Below are positions 28,301 to 37,029 of a DNA stretch of 64,000 nt, one piece after another. How positions within the stretch are numbered: position 1 is the first letter of the stretch; the number at the start of each line of letters is the position of its first letter. Origin of the DNA: Minisyncoccota bacterium (GTDB lineage: Bacteria > Patescibacteriota > Minisyncoccia > Phycocordibacterales > Phycocordibacteraceae). Under the pieces are notes generated by a model. It was not told where the DNA came from, did no database searches, and saw only the letters and a program-made list of their open reading frames with translations. The translations under genes and the position numbers were made by a program. The stretch lies in NCBI GenBank assembly GCA_041658485.1, contig JBBAAE010000001.1:11889-75888 (forward strand), written 5' to 3'.

Positions 28301-28334
28301 CCCCTTGTGCAACCTCCGGAGGTTGCACAAGGGG
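28301..28334. repeat. Second copy of the palindrome, extended: CCCCTTGTGCAACCTCCGGAGGTTGCACAAGGGG
   Basis: Read in sequence, 15 nt upstream of the transposase start codon. It has the same 24-nt core as the copy at 27539-27566. Confidence 0.85.
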
Positions 28335-28360
28335 CTCGAAACCAAAAATATTTGCCGAGA

Positions 28361-31300
28361 TTAAAACTCGTCGAAGCGCGGAGTAACACCTATGGTCACT
28401 GACTTTGAACTCGGAACCCCACCGGTCAAACAATTCATTGTGTATGTACTTTGTTGATTTATGATCACAGATTGTGCGCCTGAAAAAGCTGTTGAAGAAA
28501 GCCCAGGGCCAGAAATCGAACAAGAGTCAGGAGTGCCCACCACTCCCCATGACACCGTTGCAGGGTCGCCTTGGCGAACAGTAACGGCTGGGCTAATGCT
28601 GAGAGCAATATCAGCAGGGTTTACAGTAACTGTTGCACTTGAAGATGCACTTCTCGTACCGTTTGTACAAGTGATGCCGTAGGTTGTAGTAACTGGAGGG
28701 GAAACAGTAACCGAACCAACGGTTGCACTCCCTGTTGGGAAGTTAGTTCCTGTACAAGAAGTGGCGTAAGAAGATGTCCAGTCAATGCGTGGAGAAGTTA
28801 CACCTTTAATTATTACGTTTGGTGTAACAGTAATGAGCACCGTGGGAGTGTTCTGTATAGTTCCCGCTGCACATGTCGCAGTAACTGACCCTGCACCTGA
28901 GGTCACAATAACTGAAGCCGATTTCGTACCGGCAGTAGCGTATGTTTTCGAGACAGTTACACCTGTGCCGAGAAGTCCGTCAGTGCCACTCCAGACATAT
29001 GTATATGAACCTACACCACCAGAAGGTGTGACGGTCCACGTTAATGAATCTCCCACATACCCAGTACTTGGTGATGGAGAACATGATGCTGTCACTGCAC
29101 CCGGGTTTACAGTTAATGATGTCCATACACTACAGTTATCAAGCTCATTGGATTCGTTCACTTCATTGAGTGGTGTATCAGCACAAAAACGCATCTGGTA
29201 CGAACCCGGTGAAGGAAATGTGTAGCTTCCTGTTTGAGTACCACTGCCCCCAGCTACAATCGATATTCGACTTAAAGCAATTTTAATTGACGTATTGGCT
29301 TCCGCAAAATTAATAAAGAAACTAAAGATGCGACTCCAAATAGAGTCTGACTTGGTGAGATAATTATTGAGACAAGCACTGTCCGAAGTGAGACACACAT
29401 ACATCCTTGAACCAAAAACTGGAGTCGCTGCCCCACCACGATTAGTAACGCCAGCGGTAAATGTGGTATTTACTCCCGCAGTTACACTGGCAGGAGAGAG
29501 AGACCCTGTAGTTAAATCCGCCAAAGAAACACCAACTACAACAGAGTTTGAACAACTCGCCGTAACTGATGCATTCGATGCAGTTGCCATACCTGCCAAA
29601 TAATTATGTCTCGTTGTACTACCGCTCGTTGAGGTTTTCGAGGCAAGAGAAGCATTCGAATATGCTTCGTAGCGATAGTAGGTATTAACAGGTTGCCCAG
29701 CTGAATTCAAAGTCTCTCGCACATCAACACTACAGCAACCGCCTGCTGGGGTTATACCTGCGCACACTCCTGCCATAGAGCTAGTGTTGAGAGTAAATCC
29801 AACACCATCCTCGGTAGTACCATAACTACCTACTTTCGTACCTCCAGAACAATGCTTTTCCCCTTGAAGCGTAACAGAAGTTGCGCCGGAAGGGCTAGTG
29901 ATAGTGATTGAGGCTGTTTTTGTACCGACAGTTGTATATGTTTTTGAAATAGATGCAACGGCACCCGAGAGACTATCAGTACCACTCCATGAATACGTGT
30001 ATGAACCGGCTCCACCCCATGCAGAGGCAGTCCAAGTTACAGGACTACCGGTGTATACACTTGTTGGCGATACTGAACATGACCCAGAAAGAGCGCCGGA
30101 GGAGGTTGAATTTACTTGAACATTTGCGGTAGCGAAAGCGGTCTGAGGAGTCACGGCAGGAGAGGCGCCGACACATGAATAGATATCAGTATTGATGCTG
30201 CATGCACTGATGGTGTTCACCTTACACGTTGGGATACTACAAGTCTTTCCTGTTGGATTCGAAGGGCAAGTTGGTACGCTTGAATATGCCTTGTTTGGAT
30301 CTGTGAGCGGGCAAGCAAAATCACTTATATCAGACTCTGAATATTGCCATGTACCTGACGATACTGCGCTAGCTCCTGTACAGGTGATGGAGTAGTTTGT
30401 ACTAGCACTTAACGCTCCGGTAGAAATAGAGCCTGATGTATTCCCGCCAGTTTCAAATCCACTACCAACACAAGAAACTGCATTAGTTGAGGACCATGTG
30501 AGAGTAGCGGAAGATCCAGAATTCAAACTTGTTGGAGTTGCAGAGAGTGAAACCGTTGGCGAAGGGATTGAACTTACAGTGACCGTTTGGGATGCCGCCG
30601 CAGAACCGCCAGCGCCAGTACATGAGACAAGATAACTTGTTGTTTGCGATGGGATAACTGTTACAGAGCCTGCAGTTGCCGACGCTGTCGAAAAATTGGT
30701 TCCTGTACAGGAAGTTGCGTTCGTTGAACTCCAAGTAATAACTGACGAGGCACCTGCGACAAGAGAGGTTGGATTTGCAGAGAGCGTTGCCGTTGGCGCT
30801 GCAGGAAGATTCACGGTCACCGTCCGAGATGCAGACGCAGAACCACCAGCGCCAGTACATGAAACGAGGTAACTGGTTGTTTGTGACGGGACCACCGTTA
30901 CGGAACCTGCAGTTGCTGATGCTGTCGAAAAGTTAGTGCCCGTGCAGGATGTTGCGTTAGTTGAACTCCAAGTTATTACCGATGATGCACCTAATATAAA
31001 GGAGGTTGGATTTGCAGAGAGTGAGGCAGTTGGGGCAACAACAGGAGCACTGACAGTCACCGTTGCGGAAGAAGAAATTGTCTGGGCACCATCGGTACAG
31101 GTAATTAAGTAGGCTACTGAAGAAGATGGTGAGACAATAAGCGAGCCTGAAGTAGCGCCACTAGTTGAAAAATTAGTGCCCGTACATGAGGTTACATAGT
31201 CCGAACTCCATGTTAAAAGAGACGAACCTCCACTAGTTATGGAAGCAGGTGTCGCAATAATTCCAACATACGGCGCTGTTGGCTCTTCGATACAACCCTC

Positions 31301-31597
31301 ATCCATGTCGCCAACAGTTGCGGTCTGATAGGCACTTTGCACTGTATAACTATCTCCACCATACACTGCATAAAAGGCCGCGGCACCTCCACTGCCCGGG
31401 GGGAATGGATTAGTTACTACAGTGTAGGAGTATTCCCATATCGAACCACTACACCCTCCGACACCACCTCCTCCACCATCCATGTTTGGTGCAGCGTATA
31501 CCGATTGAGGAATTATACTGAGTACCGCAACTACAAAGACAGCAACCACAAAAAAGCTTTTAAAAGTGCGGGCAACAAACTGGCGGAAGGCTATCAT
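28361..31597 (-). CDS. Giant secreted Thr/Ser-rich repeat-domain protein (surface or S-layer-like candidate)
   Basis: 1078 aa. Signal peptide MIAFRQFVARTFKSFFVVAVFVVAVLSIIPQSVYA, followed by poly-Gly. At least six copies of a ~75-90-aa module (xTPTSLxxGxSSxxTWSSTNATSCTGTNFSTxxATxGSxTVxPSQTTSYxVxCTGAGGS). A Cys-rich central module (GTWQYSESDISDFACP...CKVNT...YSC). PKD-like GSYTYSWSGTD modules. Many N-x-S/T sequons. C-terminal tail ...PRFDEF. Confidence 0.8.
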   Translation of the reverse strand: MIAFRQFVARTFKSFFVVAVFVVAVLSIIPQSVYAAPNMDGGGGGVGGCSGSIWEYSYTVVTNPFPPGSGGAAAFYAVYGGDSYTVQSAYQTATVGDMDEGCIEEPTAPYVGIIATPASITSGGSSLLTWSSDYVTSCTGTNFSTSGATSGSLIVSPSSSVAYLITCTDGAQTISSSATVTVSAPVVAPTASLSANPTSFILGASSVITWSSTNATSCTGTNFSTASATAGSVTVVPSQTTSYLVSCTGAGGSASASRTVTVNLPAAPTATLSANPTSLVAGASSVITWSSTNATSCTGTNFSTASATAGSVTVIPSQTTSYLVSCTGAGGSAAASQTVTVSSIPSPTVSLSATPTSLNSGSSATLTWSSTNAVSCVGSGFETGGNTSGSISTGALSASTNYSITCTGASAVSSGTWQYSESDISDFACPLTDPNKAYSSVPTCPSNPTGKTCSIPTCKVNTISACSINTDIYSCVGASPAVTPQTAFATANVQVNSTSSGALSGSCSVSPTSVYTGSPVTWTASAWGGAGSYTYSWSGTDSLSGAVASISKTYTTVGTKTASITITSPSGATSVTLQGEKHCSGGTKVGSYGTTEDGVGFTLNTSSMAGVCAGITPAGGCCSVDVRETLNSAGQPVNTYYRYEAYSNASLASKTSTSGSTTRHNYLAGMATASNASVTASCSNSVVVGVSLADLTTGSLSPASVTAGVNTTFTAGVTNRGGAATPVFGSRMYVCLTSDSACLNNYLTKSDSIWSRIFSFFINFAEANTSIKIALSRISIVAGGSGTQTGSYTFPSPGSYQMRFCADTPLNEVNESNELDNCSVWTSLTVNPGAVTASCSPSPSTGYVGDSLTWTVTPSGGVGSYTYVWSGTDGLLGTGVTVSKTYATAGTKSASVIVTSGAGSVTATCAAGTIQNTPTVLITVTPNVIIKGVTSPRIDWTSSYATSCTGTNFPTGSATVGSVTVSPPVTTTYGITCTNGTRSASSSATVTVNPADIALSISPAVTVRQGDPATVSWGVVGTPDSCSISGPGLSSTAFSGAQSVIINQQSTYTMNCLTGGVPSSKSVTIGVTPRFDEF
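30590..31130. repeat. Near-identical in-frame tandem DNA repeats (~270 bp, about 90% identity) inside the giant gene
   Basis: Two successive ~90-aa modules (...SLSANPTSFILGASSVITWSSTNATSCTGTNFSTASATAGSVTVVPSQTTSYLVSCTGAGGSASASRTVTV / ...TLSANPTSLVAGASSVITWSSTNATSCTGTNFSTASATAGSVTVIPSQTTSYLVSCTGAGGSAAASQTVTV) encoded by nearly identical DNA. Confidence 0.6.
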
Positions 31598-31654
31598 TCC
31601 ATCTATTGTACAGGGAATTCATACTTGCTGTTAAGAGAAATTTGTGAGGGGTGG

Positions 31655-31688
31655 AGTAATAAAAACTCTCCAGGTAATGGGGAGTTTT
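31655..31688. terminator. Bidirectional rho-independent terminator between the two giant genes
   Basis: aaaaACTCTCCaggtaatGGGGAGTttttttatttc. Confidence 0.5.
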
Positions 31689-31847
31689 TTATTTCAGCTC
31701 CCTGATTTGCGTTGCTTGCCCCATCATTAGAATTTGGCGTTACTCCTTATAGTGAAGTATTAGACGTTTTAGACACCGACCACACGGTCGTGAATCTGTG
31801 ATTTGCAGTATCCCGTACATCGAAACAATCTATTACGCACCTGTGTA

Positions 31848-34325
31848 TCAAAACTCTTCGTATGCTGGTAGCAGTTTGACTGTTATTGATTTTGAAGTGG
31901 TCCCTCCACCTGTCGTACATGAGAACGTATAGGTACTTTCTTGACCTATAATGACACTTTGCGAACCTGAAAAAGAACCTGATGAGAGCCCTGGGCCACT
32001 CATGAGACACGAATCAGGACTTCCTGATACTGACCAGTTAATAATTACCGAATCATTACGACGAACTGAAGTGTTTGGGGATGCAGTAAGCACTAGATCC
32101 GCTACATATACTGTAACGACCGCGCTCGAGTAAGCACTTTTTGATGCGTTCGTGCACGTAAGGTTATAGGTAGTGGTGTTAGTTGGTGTTACCGATAGAG
32201 CGCCAGACGTTTGGCCTCCTGTTGCAAAATTAGTGCTTGTGCACGATGTTGCGTTTGTCGAAGACCACGTAAGTTGCGACGCATTTTGCCCGCGAATAAT
32301 TGAGCTCGGGGTCGCACTTAAAAGTGCCGTAGGAGAAGCTGAGATTGAGGTTGAATTGCTACATGCTTGAGTAACAGACTGTGTGCCTGAAGCAACAATC
32401 ACAGAGCCGGCTTTGGTTCCCACTGTTGTGTATTGCTTCACAACCGATTGCGTTGTTCCTGATAAACCATCTGTACCACTCCACGAATACGTATAGGAAC
32501 CGGTGCCCCCCGCAGGAGACGCTGTCCACGTTATGTTGTCATTTGTATACCCCGAGGTGGGAGCAACAGCGCAGGAGGTATTAAGTGATGGAATTGCGAC
32601 GGTCACAGCAGTCCACGCACCACAATTATTTGTTTCATTGGACTCGTTGATAACGCCGGAACCCGTAGATGAGTTTTTGTCAGCACATGCACGCACGTAC
32701 CACGTACCTGCCGAAGGGAACGCGTACGAAAAAGTAGTTGCCTCAGAACTATTCGTCGAAATGTTTGGTGACATACCAGTGCCAATATCTTCTGTATTCG
32801 CACCACTTGAAGATGTAGCTCGCTGAAAAAGATTGATGAACTCTCCTCCTGTCGCAGGGTTACCTGCATTCGTGATTGTTGCGGAAAATGTTTTTGCGAC
32901 GTTAGTAATTGCGGAGGTTGGTGAAATGGCGCTCGCACTAAGATCGGACAACACTACACTCACTGCAACAGAATTTGAACAACTCACTCCCGCCGAGTTA
33001 CCGCCCGAAGTAATTGTCACTGCACCACTCTTCGTACCAGTGGTTGAGTATGTTTTGGATACCGATGCACCTGTGCCAGAAAGACTATCGGTACCACTCC
33101 ACGAATACGTATACGAACCGGTGCCACCCGATGCAGATGCAATCCAAGTAACCATCTCTTCCGTATACACACTTGTGGGAGACACTGCACACGATGCCGT
33201 AAGGGGCGTACTTGAAACAGTAACGTACGCACTGCCCGATACACTTGGCGGAGGCGATGTTACTTGGCACGAATACAAGTCCGTAGTGATACCACATCCG
33301 GGACCGATTGTGTTTACTTTACACGTTGAAGGAGGTGAGGTGCATGATTTACCTTGAGGACTCGCTGGGCAATCTGGTACAGAACTATAAACATTGTTGC
33401 TGGATGATACAGGGCACGATAGATCCGAGTAATCACTTTGATAGTATTGCCATGTTCCAGTGCCACTCCCCGAAGAACCCGTGCATGTAAGCGTGTAATT
33501 TGTGCTAGCGTTTGGCGTAATGGTGATCGAGCCCGATGTGGCGCCAGCGGTATCAAATTGAGTGCTCGAGCAATACGAAGTATTGCTCGAAGTCCACGAA
33601 AGCGTTGTACTCCCTCCCGCGGTAACCGAGGAGGGAGACGCGGTCAACAATATACTTGGCGACGAACTTGGGGGCGTTACCGTAAGAGTCGCCGAGCCTT
33701 GCGCTGTACCTCCAGCACCAGTACAACTTACTGAATACGTTGTAGTTTGCGACGGTGAAACAGAAACTGTACCAGAGAGTGCTCCGCCCGTACTGAATCC
33801 CGTTCCCGTACATGATGTTGCATTTGTGGAACTCCACGTGAGTGCAGATGAGTACCCTGCCGAAATGGACGTGGGCGCTAGAGATATTGACGTGGTTGGT
33901 GCGGGAGAAGCGTTGATATAGGTAAGTGCATATGTCTTAGTTGCACTTGCCGTGCCGGCGCCACTATACATTTTATAGAGTATGTTCCAACTGCCGCTGT
34001 TCGACGTTAATTCTCCTTGAATACAGTACGAGCCTGGAGTGTTATAGCCACTTGGGATGAGAGTGCCATCTATAAACCCCCACGCGAGAATGCTCCACGA
34101 CGGTGCAGACGGTGGCGACAAGTCCCCCTCACCACCGAGATTCGCCACAAACGCCCCCGTACATTTTGTATTTGCACTGGTAACGGCGCCAGAAGAAGTT
34201 GGTGGATTGGGGTAGGCGTACGCCTCCGCAAAAGAGACAGAAACGCTTCCCACAAAAACGGCCGCGATTAAAAAACTTCCGAATGTTTTCAAAACAAAAG
34301 ATGTAATCGGTGTGAGCGAGTTCAT
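31848..34325 (-). CDS. Giant secreted Thr/Ser-rich repeat-domain protein, paralog of 28361-31597
   Basis: 825 aa. Signal peptide ...VSVSFAEA. Same module types as its neighbour (SLAPTSISAGYSSALTWSSTNATSCTGTGFSTGG...; central GTWQYYQSDYSDLSCP...CKVNTIG...YSC; GSYTYSWSGTDSLSGT). C-terminal tail ...LLPAYEEF. Confidence 0.8.
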   Translation of the reverse strand: MNSLTPITSFVLKTFGSFLIAAVFVGSVSVSFAEAYAYPNPPTSSGAVTSANTKCTGAFVANLGGEGDLSPPSAPSWSILAWGFIDGTLIPSGYNTPGSYCIQGELTSNSGSWNILYKMYSGAGTASATKTYALTYINASPAPTTSISLAPTSISAGYSSALTWSSTNATSCTGTGFSTGGALSGTVSVSPSQTTTYSVSCTGAGGTAQGSATLTVTPPSSSPSILLTASPSSVTAGGSTTLSWTSSNTSYCSSTQFDTAGATSGSITITPNASTNYTLTCTGSSGSGTGTWQYYQSDYSDLSCPVSSSNNVYSSVPDCPASPQGKSCTSPPSTCKVNTIGPGCGITTDLYSCQVTSPPPSVSGSAYVTVSSTPLTASCAVSPTSVYTEEMVTWIASASGGTGSYTYSWSGTDSLSGTGASVSKTYSTTGTKSGAVTITSGGNSAGVSCSNSVAVSVVLSDLSASAISPTSAITNVAKTFSATITNAGNPATGGEFINLFQRATSSSGANTEDIGTGMSPNISTNSSEATTFSYAFPSAGTWYVRACADKNSSTGSGVINESNETNNCGAWTAVTVAIPSLNTSCAVAPTSGYTNDNITWTASPAGGTGSYTYSWSGTDGLSGTTQSVVKQYTTVGTKAGSVIVASGTQSVTQACSNSTSISASPTALLSATPSSIIRGQNASQLTWSSTNATSCTSTNFATGGQTSGALSVTPTNTTTYNLTCTNASKSAYSSAVVTVYVADLVLTASPNTSVRRNDSVIINWSVSGSPDSCLMSGPGLSSGSFSGSQSVIIGQESTYTFSCTTGGGTTSKSITVKLLPAYEEF

Positions 34326-34336
34326 ATCATTACATG

Positions 34337-34999
34337 TTATTTGATGTCTGATTTGGAATATGTAACAGAACCCAAATGTCGTACGCCAGTTCGAATATCA
34401 TACAGCTCAAAGGAATTTGGACGACCGGTGTGCATGACGATGGTCGCGGGTGACGCGAAACCGACGGCAATGAGGTAGGTTGGCAAATTCGGGATTTTGA
34501 ATGAACCACGATACGAGACGCTCGCGCCACCGTCATACACCTTGAACACATCAAATTGGTTGGTGACCTGATTGAACAATACCGCAGCACTTCCGTCAGG
34601 AGCAACGGCACCAACATCAGGAGTAATGCCTTCTTGCGCAATGAGCACAAGTTCACTTTTTGCTTTCGGATTACGCCAGACTAGCCCTTTCTCGGTAACT
34701 ACAAGAATCATACCGCTCGGAAGTGTAACGTTATTTGAGACTGAGAGAGTTTGTTGTGGTGCCGTGGCAGTATGCACTTCATTCGCAGAATTCAAGGCAT
34801 ACCACCGATAAGTATCAGTTTCATACATTGAAAATACTTGATCTGCCATTCGCTCGTTCGCCTCTTTTGGTATCCATTCAGAAAAAAATGTACGTAGAAT
34901 AGGGACCGCATACAACAGACCGCTCAATGCACCCAAAATGAGCGCAATAGAAAGTGTGATACGCATTGGTCGAGAGAGTCTCTGTACTATCTGACTCAT
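34337..34999 (-). CDS. Hypothetical membrane-anchored protein
   Basis: 220 aa, one N-terminal transmembrane helix (ITLSIALILGALSGLLYAV), no family recognised. First gene of the accessory island downstream of rplB. Confidence 0.45.
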   Translation of the reverse strand: MSQIVQRLSRPMRITLSIALILGALSGLLYAVPILRTFFSEWIPKEANERMADQVFSMYETDTYRWYALNSANEVHTATAPQQTLSVSNNVTLPSGMILVVTEKGLVWRNPKAKSELVLIAQEGITPDVGAVAPDGSAAVLFNQVTNQFDVFKVYDGGASVSYRGSFKIPNLPTYLIAVGFASPATIVMHTGRPNSFELYDIRTGVRHLGSVTYSKSDIK

Positions 35000-35039
35000 A
35001 CTCTCAGCAGTCTACAACGAAAAGATAGCACCCCTTAAA

Positions 35040-35072
35040 AAAACACCCCGCATGATGCAGGGTGTTGGTGGA
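35040..35072 (-). terminator. Rho-independent terminator immediately after rplB
   Basis: Minus-strand reading: CACCCTGCATCATGCGGGGTGttttttt. Related in sequence to the hairpin at 37779-37812. Confidence 0.55.
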
Positions 35073-35074
35073 TA

Positions 35075-35938
35075 TTACGCGCCTTTCGTTCTTTTTTTCC
35101 CGACACGACGACGAGAAACAATGAAGGGATTCGAGTATTTCTTTGGAGTTCGTGTCTTTTGTCCCTTTCCAGATGGCTTACCCCACATGGTGCGTTGTCT
35201 GCGGTGACCACGGCCTTGACGACCTTCACCTCCTCCATGTGGATGGTCAACTGGGTTCATTGCAGTACCACGAACCGTTGGGCGAATACCCATGTGTCGT
35301 GCACGACCTGCTTTACCAATGATAACGAGATGGTGCGCATCGTTTGAAACTTCACCAATCGATGCCCATGCGGTATCAACAACTTTTCGAACTTCAGTCG
35401 AAGGGAGTTTTATTTGAGCGTAGCCAGCATCGAGCGCGATCAACTCAGCGTGGTTACCTGCACTTCGTGCCATTTTTGCACCACCGTTTGCATGTACTTC
35501 AATGTTGTAAATGAATGTGCCGATTGGAATGTTCTTCAAAGGAAGACGGTTACCGGGAGTGATAGGCGCAGTCTCTGAAGTAATAACCTTATCGCCGACT
35601 TTCAAAGATTTAGGTGCAAGGATGTATCGGCGCTCACCGTCAACATCTACAATACGAGCAATGAAACCTGTACGAGTAGGATCGTATTCAATGTGCTCAA
35701 CTTTGCCTGGGATATTCTTCTTAGCGAACATGAAGTCAACCACACGCATCTGTTGCTTGTGTCCACCTCCTTGGTGACGTGTGGTGATGCGACCGAGTGA
35801 GTTTCTACCTGCGTGATTTTTCTTTCCTTTCGTCAAAGACTTCAAGGGCTTCCCGGTCGTCAAAACATCGCGGTAACGAATCACGCTCATGTGGCGAGTA
35901 GATGCGGTTCGTGCTTTGTAATTTCGTGTAGTAGACAT
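35075..35938 (-). CDS. rplB: 50S ribosomal protein L2
   Basis: GRNSLGRITTRHQGGGHKQQMRVVDF...GRARHMGIRPTVRGTAMNPVDHPHGGGEG. Confidence 0.93.
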   Translation of the reverse strand: MSTTRNYKARTASTRHMSVIRYRDVLTTGKPLKSLTKGKKNHAGRNSLGRITTRHQGGGHKQQMRVVDFMFAKKNIPGKVEHIEYDPTRTGFIARIVDVDGERRYILAPKSLKVGDKVITSETAPITPGNRLPLKNIPIGTFIYNIEVHANGGAKMARSAGNHAELIALDAGYAQIKLPSTEVRKVVDTAWASIGEVSNDAHHLVIIGKAGRARHMGIRPTVRGTAMNPVDHPHGGGEGRQGRGHRRQRTMWGKPSGKGQKTRTPKKYSNPFIVSRRRVGKKRTKGA

Positions 35939-35955
35939 ATTCGTGTATTAAAAAT

Positions 35956-36354
35956 TTATGAGAAACGGATAGTGTCTCCTTTCTTTAAAAATACCAGAGC
36001 CTTTCTTGATGCAGATGTCTTACCAAAACCACGCTTCTTCCTCATTTGTACTCGTTTTGCTGGAGTATTCACTACATTCACCTTGATTGGCATAACTTTG
36101 TAGAGAGCGTTGACTGCCATAGCAACATCCTTCTTTGTTGCCGATTTGCGGATATCAAAAGTGTACACACCTTGCGCGGTCATATTTGCTGCTTTTTCCG
36201 TAATGCGAGGGCGTACCAAAATATTGGCATACTCAGCAAGCGCTGAAGGACGATCAGTCTTTTTAGTAGCAGAAACTTTTGTTTCAACCTTCTTAGCTTC
36301 TGCCTTTGGAGCATCAGCTTTTTTTGTATTCGTTTTTGATTTAAAAATTGCCAT
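35956..36354 (-). CDS. rplW: 50S ribosomal protein L23 (Lys-rich N-terminal extension)
   Basis: YANILVRPRITEKAANMTAQGVYTFDIRKSATKKDVAMAV. Confidence 0.85.
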   Translation of the reverse strand: MAIFKSKTNTKKADAPKAEAKKVETKVSATKKTDRPSALAEYANILVRPRITEKAANMTAQGVYTFDIRKSATKKDVAMAVNALYKVMPIKVNVVNTPAKRVQMRKKRGFGKTSASRKALVFLKKGDTIRFS

Positions 36355-36359
36355 AAAGT

Positions 36360-37025
36360 TTATTTCTCTAGTCGTTCTGTAAGCGTTTTAACAGACACCT
36401 TTGGATCTACAACGAGAATATAACGGTACGTGAGCAAGTCAACAGGGTTTGCATTTCGTGCCTCGTCAACCATCACATTCTTCATGTTACGGAAACTTTT
36501 TACGACAGCAACATCATGCTTTGAAAGAAGAATAAGTGCTGCGTTATTTCTTCGTGTAGCGAGCTCGGCAAATCCTGCAATCTTAGCAAGGCCACCGAGG
36601 GTTGCCTTTGCATCCTTTGTCTTTGGAGCCTTGAAAGAAAGCGAGTCAACGAAAATCATTTTTCCTTTGCGGAGTTTTTCTGAAAGAACTGTTGCGACTG
36701 CTTTTGCACGCATCTTCTTATTAATCTTCTGTGAGAAATCGCGTTCCTTTACCGGTCCGTGCGTTGTGCCTCCTCCTCTCCAGATTGGAGATCGAATAGA
36801 TCCGTGACGAGCTCGGCCAGTACCCTTTTGCCTCCATGGCTTCTTGCCTCCTCCGCGTACCTCACCACGACCCTTTGTGTGGGCAACTGGTGTGCGAGCG
36901 TTTGCCTGCATAGCAAGAACAACCTGATGCACCAAGGCATCATTTCTCTTTGCATCAAAAATGCCCTCTGGGAGTTCAATCTCCCCTACTTCTTTTGCGC
37001 TTGTATTGTAAATGGAAGCTTTCAT
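36360..37025 (-). CDS. rplD: 50S ribosomal protein L4
   Basis: MKASIYNTSAKEVGEIELPE...GGGKKPWRQKGTGRARHGSIRSPIWRGGGTTHGP. The start is placed at the internal Met; the track ORF extends to 37097. Confidence 0.9.
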   Translation of the reverse strand: MKASIYNTSAKEVGEIELPEGIFDAKRNDALVHQVVLAMQANARTPVAHTKGRGEVRGGGKKPWRQKGTGRARHGSIRSPIWRGGGTTHGPVKERDFSQKINKKMRAKAVATVLSEKLRKGKMIFVDSLSFKAPKTKDAKATLGGLAKIAGFAELATRRNNAALILLSKHDVAVVKSFRNMKNVMVDEARNANPVDLLTYRYILVVDPKVSVKTLTERLEK

Positions 37026-37029
37026 ATAT

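Larger units (their letters stand above)
27539..28334 (-). mobile_element. Compact ~0.8-kb IS200/RAYT-like unit: a Y1 transposase bracketed by identical hairpin-forming palindromes
   Basis: A single transposase ORF with a subterminal palindrome at each end. Inserted between rpsS and the giant surface-protein gene, inside the ribosomal-protein cluster. Confidence 0.55.

Noticed and set aside
28461-33357. Numerous plus-strand ORFs of 60-175 aa (e.g. 28785-29225, 32833-33357, 33562-33921) lying antisense to the giant surface-protein genes
   Set aside because: They are shadow ORFs produced by the strong Thr/Ser/Gly codon bias of the minus-strand genes. They have no start context, and they overlap two very long, internally consistent minus-strand ORFs.
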